Shown here: positions 8,538 to 16,260 of the stretch, in pieces
Position numbering within the stretch: the first letter of the stretch is position 1
Layout: every line of letters starts with the position of its first letter
From: Thermoproteus tenax Kra 1
GTDB taxonomy: Archaea; Thermoproteota; Thermoprotei; Thermoproteales; Thermoproteaceae
NCBI RefSeq assembly: GCF_000253055.1
Contig: NC_016070.1
Location: 240,001-272,000, forward strand
Reading direction: 5' to 3'
Length of the DNA stretch: 32,000 nucleotides
Program-made: the position numbers and the translations under genes
The notes under the pieces: model-generated
What the model was told of the DNA's origin: nothing
The model's input: the letters and a program-made list of their open reading frames with translations, nothing else
The model's database searches: none

Positions 8538-9771
8538 GGCGGCCGCCCTGCTTTTGATCCTGCTGGCCGTGGCTGCGTCGGCCTACCAAGTGACTGTGGA
8601 GGTCGTGGACGGGACCACTGGGCAGATCCTTAACTCGATCATCGAGATACTGCAGGGAAATCAGACAGTGGCCATATCAGGCACCGGCCTCTACCAAGGG
8701 GATCTACCGCCGGGGACCTATACCGCATTAGTTCAGATCCCCCGCTGGGGGGTCACTATGGCTCAACAGTTCTCTGTGCCCACCGGAGGGCCCGTGAAAA
8801 TAGTAGTGCCCACGGCGATTTTGACCGCCGAGGCTTGGGACATGGCCTTGGACGAAGTGGGCAACTGGCCTTTGTCGATCATTCTGAACGGAGTCCCCAT
8901 AGCCACGGGCGTAGGGCGCGTGTCCACAGAGGTCTATGCAAACACGACGACCTCATACGTAGTGGCCGTCTATTCGCCGTATGGGACCTTCAATAGGACA
9001 GTCTTTGTCTCACAGGGACAGAACATTACGGCGCGCGTGGATGTGCCCACGGCTCTGATCAGAGTTGCATTATACGACGAGGCCGCCGGCGGGCCGGCCA
9101 ACTTCACAGTGCTTTTGATCAACAGCGAGGGCGCAGTCGCGGCGAAGGGGACCGGCGAGATATCGGGCGAGTTTCTGGCGGGGAGCTATACGGCATCCTC
9201 CATATTGAGGCTGGGGGCCTGCCAGCTGACCTACAACGAGACGGTCGAGGCGAAGCCCGGCGCCAGGGTGAACGAGACTGTGATGGTGCCCACGGCGTTT
9301 CTCTATATCTATGCCCAGAGCCCCTTGGGGGCCCCCGTCAAGAACGCCACTGTGGCTGTGTACTGCCTGGGGAAGCTCGCCTTGAACTCCAGCGGCTGGC
9401 CCGTGAAGGCCGAAGTCCTGGCCAACTACAACTACACGGTCGTCGCCAGCTACAAGAACTTGACCGCAACGGCGTGGGTTATCCCGCGCGCAGGCGCCGT
9501 ATCTACGGTCTACCTCAATCTGACTGTGCCGACCGCCCCAATCAAGGTGACTCCGCCGTCCCCAAGGACTACAACTACTACCTCCAGGACGACCGCGGCG
9601 CCTCCTCTGACCACCACTACGGCCAAGCCGCCCTCCTCCAGCGGAGCATCTGCCAACAGAGGCGCGCCGCCGGGCGAGATCTACGCCTATCTCCTGGCTC
9701 TGGGCGGGTCCATCTCCATCGCCCTAGCCCTCGGCGTCCTCCTGTTTGCCCTCTACGCGAGGAGGGCCTAG
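8530..9771 (+). CDS. Secreted, C-terminally membrane-anchored glycoprotein with four beta-sandwich-like repeats
   Basis: Signal peptide MLKAAALLLILLAVAASA. Four ~80-aa units, each opening with VPTA. At least 12 N-x-S/T sequons, a Thr/Pro/Ser linker (PPSPRTTTTTSRTTAAPPLTTTTAKPPSSS) and a terminal TM helix. It overlaps the upstream gene by 8 nt. Confidence 0.8.
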   Translation: MLKAAALLLILLAVAASAYQVTVEVVDGTTGQILNSIIEILQGNQTVAISGTGLYQGDLPPGTYTALVQIPRWGVTMAQQFSVPTGGPVKIVVPTAILTAEAWDMALDEVGNWPLSIILNGVPIATGVGRVSTEVYANTTTSYVVAVYSPYGTFNRTVFVSQGQNITARVDVPTALIRVALYDEAAGGPANFTVLLINSEGAVAAKGTGEISGEFLAGSYTASSILRLGACQLTYNETVEAKPGARVNETVMVPTAFLYIYAQSPLGAPVKNATVAVYCLGKLALNSSGWPVKAEVLANYNYTVVASYKNLTATAWVIPRAGAVSTVYLNLTVPTAPIKVTPPSPRTTTTTSRTTAAPPLTTTTAKPPSSSGASANRGAPPGEIYAYLLALGGSISIALALGVLLFALYARRA

Positions 9772-10715
9772 AGCGAGCCGAAGACCTTGGTCTTCCAGAT
9801 GTCGTAGAGGCCCTTCAGTTGTACCAATGGGACTCCCTTGGTCATTCTGTATGTGAAATACTGTTTGAACTTGTCCGGGTCCTTCATATAGGACCACTCG
9901 TCCACCTCCACCTCTATAGTGCCGCTCTTCATCTCGCTCGATATGGCCTGCGAGAGCACTGAGGCTTGCCAGAGGGCCCCCCAGCCGATGGGCGGAAGCC
10001 CTATCTTCATTAACGACGAGTCGCCTATAATGTAGGTTCTGTCATACTGAGTCTCAAAGAGGGAGCCCACCTTGAGGCCCTTGGCCAACGGATGGAGGTA
10101 GAGCTCTGGGACGACCACGTGCAGCTCGCCCCGGCGATCGTTCGGCGGCGGCTCCTCAGTGAACAAAACGCCGTGTTTCTCGAAGGTCTCCTTATAGGCG
10201 TCGAAGAGCCACTTGTAGTCGGGATGGACGTAGACCATGTGGATGGAGACCTCCTTCTGAGGCCACAGCGTCTTTATCGATATAGCAACCTCGCCGAAGC
10301 CCATTATGGGATAGAGCTCGTCTACGACGAATCTGACCGCGGTGGCCGCAGACACTGAGTTGAAGAAAGCCTCGGCCCCCTCAACTGAGAAGAAGTCGTC
10401 GCCGACCTTGAAGGAGCCCACTGCGAGCACGTTGTAGTCGCCTCTGACGATCTCCCCGCTGGACAGCTTAAGGCCGCTCTCCCTTACGTCGACTACCTCG
10501 TCTCTGACGTATTTAACCCGCTTCAAGCCGTCTAGCGGCATTCTGAGATCCTCGAATTTGACAAGGCCCGCGAGCGCCATAGGTATACCCATCACGAACT
10601 CGTGGTACGGCTTCGGGTCAATAAGATAGATCTTGACGTCCTCCAACTGGGACGCCAGCTTGTATGCCAGGTAGACGCCCGATATTCCTCCGCCGGCGAT
10701 CACAATACTTTTCAT
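9768..10715 (-). CDS. FAD-dependent pyridine nucleotide-disulfide oxidoreductase family protein (short NDH-II/SQR-like)
   Basis: N-terminal dinucleotide fold MKSIVIAGGGISGVYLAYKL and a second motif YIIGDSS. A TATA-like GATAAATAAATATC (10732-10745) lies about 24 nt upstream. Its stop overlaps the convergent gene's stop (CTAG). Confidence 0.8.
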   Translation of the reverse strand: MKSIVIAGGGISGVYLAYKLASQLEDVKIYLIDPKPYHEFVMGIPMALAGLVKFEDLRMPLDGLKRVKYVRDEVVDVRESGLKLSSGEIVRGDYNVLAVGSFKVGDDFFSVEGAEAFFNSVSAATAVRFVVDELYPIMGFGEVAISIKTLWPQKEVSIHMVYVHPDYKWLFDAYKETFEKHGVLFTEEPPPNDRRGELHVVVPELYLHPLAKGLKVGSLFETQYDRTYIIGDSSLMKIGLPPIGWGALWQASVLSQAISSEMKSGTIEVEVDEWSYMKDPDKFKQYFTYRMTKGVPLVQLKGLYDIWKTKVFGSL

Positions 10716-10814
10716 AGGTAAAGCGTCTTTTGATAAATAAATATCTTACGTAGCGCCGGCGGGCCGATATAGAATTTTAAAAGTTTCCCCGAGGGCCCGC
10801 ACGGCGGAAAACGG

Positions 10815-10976
10815 CTAGGTTGCCCCTCCCACGTAGCCATGTTTCTCGAGCAAGAGCTTGATGGCCGCTCTTATGGCCTCGCTGCGGTTCTGATACAGCC
10901 CGTCTTTGACGAGAGCGTCGAGATCCTCGAGCATCTTCGCCGTTATTCTAAACGTCACGAGGGCCATCTCATCCAT
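10815..10976 (-). CDS. Ribbon-helix-helix (CopG/NikR-type) DNA-binding protein, 53 aa, unannotated in the ORF track
   Basis: Hand translation gives MDEMALVTFRITAKMLEDLDALVKDGLYQNRSEAIRAAIKLLLEKHGYVGGAT. It has a beta-strand VTFRIT followed by two helices with the typical NRSEAIR motif. A TATA-like AAAAATTAAGATAT lies about 27 nt upstream. Confidence 0.7.
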   Translation of the reverse strand: MDEMALVTFRITAKMLEDLDALVKDGLYQNRSEAIRAAIKLLLEKHGYVGGAT

Positions 10977-11059
10977 AACGCCTTAACGGACATCCATATC
11001 TTAATTTTTCCGTAGCGCCGACTATAGTTAATGATAAAAACTATGCCGCGACTTCCGCC

Positions 11060-11884
11060 GTGATCGACGTACTGCCCGCCGTAGCGGCCGCGCTTATCTG
11101 GGCCTACGCCTCAGTCTCCTACAAGTCCTATGTTGAGGAGCTGGGGGTCTTCTCGCTCAACTTTCTCAGAATGGCGTACGCGGCCGCGGCGCTGGCCGTC
11201 CCAAGCCTTCTGTTGGGGCTCGGAGGAGGCGGGGCTGCCTACGCCGCTGTGAGCGGCGTCCTCTCCCTGGTAGTCGGCGACTCCCTCTACCTCAAGGCCA
11301 TTCAGAAGTCCGGCGTCTCAGTGGCCGTGCCCGCGGCCTACACCTACGTCCTCATGGAGCAGTTCGTGGCTGTCACTATGGGCGAGCCGCTCAAGGCGAC
11401 CTATCTCGTTGCCGGAGCCCTCGTGGTGTTCGGCGTCTATCTTCTGGCGGCTGGAGGCGGAGGGAGGGGGCCTGCTGGCATTCCCTACGCCCTGGGGGCC
11501 GCGCTGGCGTGGGCGCTCGGATACGCCGCAGTGAAGGCGGCGGGCATCGGCGGAGTGAGCCCCATATCGATCGCCTTCTTGCGCGTGGCGACCGCCCTCC
11601 CCGTTTTGGCCGCGTTAAATAGGCCAGCGGAGCTCGTCGGCGGGCTCAAGAGGACTTGGAGATCGGCTCTTCCCGTGGTAGCGGCGCTTGACCTCGGGGG
11701 CGGCTCGGCGTTGTTCGCGTACTCTGCCACTGAGGTTGGGCTCGGCCTAACCGTCATAATAACGGGCGTGGCCCCCTTGGCTTCACAGCTCATCGCGAGG
11801 GCGCTTGGGAGGGAGAGGCCGAGCGCGAGGGAGTACGCCGCTGCAGCCGCGATATTTTTGGCCATAGCTATCACAAGCCTATGA
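11060..11884 (+). CDS. EamA/DMT-superfamily transporter
   Basis: 274 aa with about 10 hydrophobic helices in two similar halves. GTG start with a TATA-like AATGATAAAAACT (11030-11042) about 24 nt upstream. Confidence 0.8.
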   Translation: MIDVLPAVAAALIWAYASVSYKSYVEELGVFSLNFLRMAYAAAALAVPSLLLGLGGGGAAYAAVSGVLSLVVGDSLYLKAIQKSGVSVAVPAAYTYVLMEQFVAVTMGEPLKATYLVAGALVVFGVYLLAAGGGGRGPAGIPYALGAALAWALGYAAVKAAGIGGVSPISIAFLRVATALPVLAALNRPAELVGGLKRTWRSALPVVAALDLGGGSALFAYSATEVGLGLTVIITGVAPLASQLIARALGRERPSAREYAAAAAIFLAIAITSL

Positions 11885-12188
11885 GGCCCCCTCTGGAAAT
11901 CAATTCTGCTCCAGTGTTTTGTTTACCTGGGGTCCACTCCAAGATTCTGAAAATCGATCCAGTGGGGTACGAGGAGACGTCAATGTCAAATTTTCCAAAA
12001 ATTCGTTGAGAAGCTTCTAAAAAATACATTTATTGTTTCGGAATAGTTGAATAAAAACAATTAAAATCGGAATTTATCTAGAAATTTATCAGAGGATCGA
12101 CGAGGGAGCGGCAACATATACACTTAGGTCGATCGATATCTCGATAAAAATACAATGATAGTTTTTAAAATTCAATATTCGTCCACAT
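11885..12188. other. Long AT-rich intergenic block with short direct and inverted repeats (candidate origin-like or island-boundary region)
   Basis: 53 G+C of 180 nt (about 29%) by hand count over 12001-12180, against GC-rich flanks. TCCAGTG occurs twice (11910-11916, 11958-11964), each followed by GGGGT. Tandem AATTTATC at 12071-12078 and 12083-12090. Near-palindrome TCGATATCTCGA at 12133-12144. Confidence 0.6.
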
Positions 12189-12831
12189 ATGAGGACTATT
12201 ATACTTAGAAACGCAGTGGTGGAGATAGATAGCAATGCCCTAGTGGCTCACACCGAGTTCGGCCTATTCTCGTTGCACAAGTTCGACAGAATCTTCTCGC
12301 TCGATGGAGCTCTAAACGGGGTAGACCTTCCTGTGGATTTAGACTCGCCCGACGTCAGCCCAAGAGTAGCGCTCGAGCTCTTGCTCCAGACTGTGGTCAG
12401 CGCCTTGGACCCCATGTGGCTCAACGGCGGGGCCGTCAAAGTATCTGTGGTCGGCCCTCCGGGGGCTGGCAAGAGCACCTTTCGTGCGCCGTCTCCTTGG
12501 GCTTCCGCTGTCGAGAGGCCCGACCATTTCTCCAGAGAGGCATGTGGCGGTCATAATGGGGCTGAGGGCCGAGCTGTTGGATATGCCCGGGGGAGTCCCG
12601 CCGCCTCAAGACGCAGACTGCGCCATAGTGGTGGCGCCGTTGAACGCTGCGTGGGATCTGAGGGATTTTAGAGCCAAGCGCACTGTGTTGATAGGATCCT
12701 TCCCGCCGGACCGCGGCCTGCTTGAAACGTACCAGAGTATGTTGTTCCCCGAGGAGACGTTTGTGTTAGATCTGAGGGAGGCGCCTCGTTGGCGCCTAGC
12801 TCAAGCAGCCTCTGCGTGCGTTGAGGCGTGA
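12189..12831 (+). pseudogene. Era/EngB-like (MMR_HSR1-type) small GTPase with an N-terminal extension, interrupted by a +1 frameshift
   Basis: G1 VVGPPGAGKSTF ends ORF 12189.. in frame 1. Frame 2 (from 12484) continues VRRLLGLPLSRGPTISPE (G2 Thr) and ELLDMPGG (G3 DxxG). The motif order is only intact if one base near 12483 is skipped. A TATA-like GTTTTTAAAATTC lies about 22 nt upstream of the ATG. Confidence 0.7.
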
Positions 12832-13747
12832 TCCGCGCGCTCAGAGCTTATTGGGACAACAGAGGCGTGGGCAAGGCCATGAAGCACTTCGCCAAGGCTA
12901 TAGGCGGCATTAGAGGGCTGTTGAACTTCGCCAGCTGGGAGCGATACTATCTGTACTTAGTCGCTGAATCGGCGAGGGCCTGCGGGTGGAGTTGCGACAG
13001 CGGGGCGAGTTCGGCAGGATGCTCGTCGAGTTGGCCCGGAGGCAGGGCCTCCTCACAAAGGACTGCGAAATAAAGATGGTCAAGAGGCCGCGCGACCCCG
13101 AATCGGCCTTGATCGCGGACTTTCTGAAGCTATACGACTGGCTAGTCGACAACGCGTGCAAGCTTGCCAGCGCCGACCGGATATCGGACGTAGTCTCAGA
13201 AGATACGGCCTACAGGCTCTACGTCCAGCTCTTGAACAAGGAGGCATATAGGGCATTCCGCCGATCTCTCTACGCGGGTCTCGAGGTGCCCAGGTGGGGG
13301 CGCGTGCTCCTGTTGGGGGCAGGTCTGATAGAGCCGGCGAACTTCGTTGAGGCAGCCCAGATGCTCGGCGTGAGGCCCGACTTCGCTGTGCAAGAGGTGG
13401 ACAGAGAGATCTGCGAGGAACTCATGAGGCTATCTTCGAGCTACAACTACACCGTATACTGCGGCTACGATATAGGCGAGAGTTTCGACGGAGTTGTGGT
13501 ACAGAACGTACTCCACTGGGCTGAGGACCCACAACGCGTCTTAATTGAGGCGCGGAGGCTGGGGAGGCGCATGTTGTGTTCGCAAGGCGTCATCGAGGGC
13601 GCGAGCGTCGGATTCCTCTAGACCTACGTCGCTGGCGCCCGCCGTTATTTCTCATGGAGGGAAGTAGAGGGCATGGCCAAGAGAGCCAGCTGGAGGCTAC
13701 AAGAGCGCTACGCTAAATATCCAGACTATCTGGCCATCTTCACATAA
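12828..13747 (+). pseudogene. Class I SAM-dependent methyltransferase with a probable N-terminal frameshift and an in-frame TAG
   Basis: Motif I RVLLLGAGLIEP and the post-motif FDGVVVQNVLHWAEDP. ORF 12828.. turns into S/G/C-rich junk after ...LVAES, while frame -1 opens at 12968. The TAG at 13619-13621 is followed in the same frame by 41 sense codons, TYVAGARRYFSWREVEGMAKRASWRLQERYAKYPDYLAIFT, then TAA (13745-13747). Its GTGA start overlaps the upstream stop. Confidence 0.62.
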
Positions 13748-13937
13748 GGCCGGGGCCCTCTGAGATGTCCCATAAGTTGCCCCCAAGCTGGGCGAGGAGG
13801 CCTCGGCCGGAGCCTAGGTGACAGATTCGCGCCGTCCAGCCCAATGCCCCCAAGGGGCCTCCTCCATGTCTACCGCCGTTTAGTTGCGAGGGCCGTGGAG
13901 GCGGCTGCGGCGGCCCAACACGAGAGGTGCGGAGCAA

Positions 13938-14873
13938 ATGAGGCGGCCGATATACTTGAGGGCTCGCGCGGGCTCTATCGGGCTTGGCGACAAGGCGCTC
14001 CTAGAGGCGGCGGACTCTCCGCCAGCTCCGGGGCTCGCTGAATTTATTAATATAGGACAAGGTAGGCCCGTGTTGTTGGACAGGCTGTACAAGAATTTCC
14101 CCAGGAACGCCGGCTTCTTCTCAGAGGCTCTGAGACTCGAGAGGGAGTTGGAGGGACTAACGTACGCACCTGCGTCGGCCGCGGCTCTGACTTTGATCTG
14201 CCCGAGGAGGGCCCTGTGCGAGGCGCGGGAGCTCGAGCTCGAGGCCTTCGCTAGAGCCCTCCGCGACAGAGTAAAATACGCCGTCTTGCTGAAGATAGCC
14301 GACCAGAAACACGTCGACCTTCTGACGAAGAGGGCTCTGAGGGGGGACGAGAGATCTCTGCGGAGCCTGTTGAACATAGGCAGAGGGATAACTGCGGAGG
14401 ACTTAGCCCGCATCCTTCCTGAGCTGAGGGAGGAGTTCGAGAAGGCCAGGAGGGCCAGCGCGAAGGTCTTCGTCACAGCTGCCCGAGGCCTTGTGAGGGA
14501 GGCTGCAGTGTATGTGAAATACGCTGAACCTCACCCGTTCGCAGGCATGGGCCATCTCTATCAGAGCCACGTTTTCTACGCGGTCGCAGGTCTCGGCGAA
14601 GACTACGTCTACCTCTTCCGTATAGACAAAGGCGCCGACACGAGGAGGCTGGCGCTGGCCGAGGGCGATGTAGCGCCCTCCGCCTTCAGAAGGAGGAAGA
14701 TAAAGGTGCATATATACTCGCCCGGCGTAGGGATACGCTCCTACCAAGAGGAGGCGGCGGACCCGACGCCCAGATACAGAGCGCTGATCGGAGGCGAATG
14801 CAGACCCGACCGGCACTGCCTTTCTTGTAGATACAAGGAGCCATGCGAGTGCGCGGCAAAGGGAAACGCGTGA
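13938..14873 (+). CDS. Cas4/RecB-like (DUF83-type) protein with a 4-Cys Fe-S signature; nuclease motifs unclear
   Basis: N-terminal LICPRRAL (Cas4 CPRR-type first Cys) and C-terminal CLSCRYKEPC (C-x2-C-x5-C, the same spacing as Cas4/AddB/Dna2 clusters). The ATG at 13938 is preferred over the TTG at 13884. No TATA-like box was seen upstream. Confidence 0.5.
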   Translation: MRRPIYLRARAGSIGLGDKALLEAADSPPAPGLAEFINIGQGRPVLLDRLYKNFPRNAGFFSEALRLERELEGLTYAPASAAALTLICPRRALCEARELELEAFARALRDRVKYAVLLKIADQKHVDLLTKRALRGDERSLRSLLNIGRGITAEDLARILPELREEFEKARRASAKVFVTAARGLVREAAVYVKYAEPHPFAGMGHLYQSHVFYAVAGLGEDYVYLFRIDKGADTRRLALAEGDVAPSAFRRRKIKVHIYSPGVGIRSYQEEAADPTPRYRALIGGECRPDRHCLSCRYKEPCECAAKGNA

Positions 14874-14981
14874 GGTATCCCGCGGCGTCGTCGCGCCGCA
14901 TCACAGGGGCCTCGCAGGCCTCTCGCGGCGCGTCGCGGCAGTGATATCTGGGGATCAACAATTTAAACTTTTGGCCGGCCA

Positions 14982-16130
14982 CTAGGCCCCTTCCTCCTCC
15001 CTCAGTTTGAGGAACACGTAGCCGGCCGCTATAATGAACGCGGCCGCGATGGGCATCAGAAGAGGAGGCCCCACATCGATGAGGTATCCGGCCGCCGCAG
15101 CTGATGGCGTCGCAGCTATCCTCATGGATATGCTGGCTACTGCGGGCGTCGTCGCCTCGCTCCCCTCAGCCGCTGCGCCCGAGATGAAGGAGGAGCGCGC
15201 AGTTCCGCCTATGCCGACCATGGCGTTGTAGAGCATATACATAACGACGAATATTGCGCCGTTGGGGGCCAGGGGGAGGGCCGCCAGTAGGGCGCCCGAG
15301 GCGAATCTGCTCGCGGCCGAGGCCTTGACCATCCCGAGCCTTCTGACGAAGGCGTGGGCGAAGAGCGAGGCCGTGGAGAAGGCGAGGTTCCCCAGGGCGA
15401 AGATGACGCCGATGGCGGCCTTGCCCACCCCCAGGTAGACGTTCATCCACAGAGAGAGCAGCGAGTTGGAGAGGCCCACGCCTACTCCGGCCAAGAGCTG
15501 GCTGAGGGAGTAGACCCAGACGGTGTTGGCCCTTTTGGCGACTCCAGCGAGGGGGTTTATGCGCCGCACAGTCTCGCCGCGCCCCAGCCAGAGTAGCACG
15601 AGGAGCGCAGCCGCCGAGACTGAGCCGATGAACAACGCCAGAGCCTCACGCAGGTTCAACAGGCCCGCGAGTAGCGAGCCGACGATCCCCCCTGCAGTCG
15701 AGAGGAAGTTTATGGCGCCCAAGTCCCTCGTCCTCTCGAGGGCGCCGCGGGCGTTCCTCCTCACCAGCGCCATAATGAGGGGCACGAAGCTGCCCCTGGT
15801 GGCGCCGGGGCCCAACATGCCTAAGCCGCTGAGCCCTAGGGCTATGGCGATCGCCCAGGGATTCTTCGTGGCGCCCAATACGAGGAGCGCGGCGGCGAAG
15901 GCGGTTTCGCTTACGGCGAGGCCTCTGGCGTGGCCCACTACGTCGCCCAACGCGGCGTAGAGTATAGAGGAGCCCAGAGATATAAGGCCGGCCACTGTGA
16001 CGGCGACTCCCGCCATGAGGGCGCTGCCGGTCAAGCTCTTCAGATAGAGGGGAACTACTACGGCGAGATAGCCCGTGGCCAAGTTCCTCAAGAACCTCTC
16101 CAGGCCTATGGCCACCTGATATCGCCGCAC
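14982..16130 (-). CDS. MFS transporter
   Basis: About 12 hydrophobic helices. The N-terminal 111 aa of ORF 14982..16463 are S/T/R-rich and antisense to MCM. An in-frame GTG at 16130 (or 16118) gives a normal MFS N-terminus, VRRYQVAIGLERFLRNLATGYL. Confidence 0.78.
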   Translation of the reverse strand: MRRYQVAIGLERFLRNLATGYLAVVVPLYLKSLTGSALMAGVAVTVAGLISLGSSILYAALGDVVGHARGLAVSETAFAAALLVLGATKNPWAIAIALGLSGLGMLGPGATRGSFVPLIMALVRRNARGALERTRDLGAINFLSTAGGIVGSLLAGLLNLREALALFIGSVSAAALLVLLWLGRGETVRRINPLAGVAKRANTVWVYSLSQLLAGVGVGLSNSLLSLWMNVYLGVGKAAIGVIFALGNLAFSTASLFAHAFVRRLGMVKASAASRFASGALLAALPLAPNGAIFVVMYMLYNAMVGIGGTARSSFISGAAAEGSEATTPAVASISMRIAATPSAAAAGYLIDVGPPLLMPIAAAFIIAAGYVFLKLREEEGA

Positions 16131-16233
16131 ACATCGATATATCGACCAACTTTTAAGTTTGTATACTGCCTTATAGGAGGCAATGTGTGATACTTCCGGA
16201 TTACTCTCTACGCACACATTTTTTCCGAGTTCC

Positions 16234-16242
16234 CTTAAATGG
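16234..16242 (+). promoter_or_regulatory. TATA-like box of the MCM gene
   Basis: CTTAAATGG is centred about 23 nt upstream of the in-frame GTG at 16261. This matches the spacing seen for most genes in the window. Confidence 0.45.
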
Positions 16243-16260
16243 CCTGGAGCTCCCCTATAC

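Noticed and set aside
13619-13621. In-frame TAG in the methyltransferase as programmed recoding (pyrrolysine-type or readthrough).
   Set aside because: Pyrrolysine machinery is not known in Crenarchaeota. The neighbouring genes are also disrupted, so a nonsense mutation is the simpler explanation. Low-level readthrough cannot be excluded from sequence alone.
14874-14981. GC-rich inverted repeats (GCGGCG...CGCCGC, GGCCT...AGGCC) and an ATTTAAAC box between convergent genes.
   Set aside because: Short GC stems are expected by chance in GC-rich DNA. No ORF or RNA-gene signature follows the TATA-like word.
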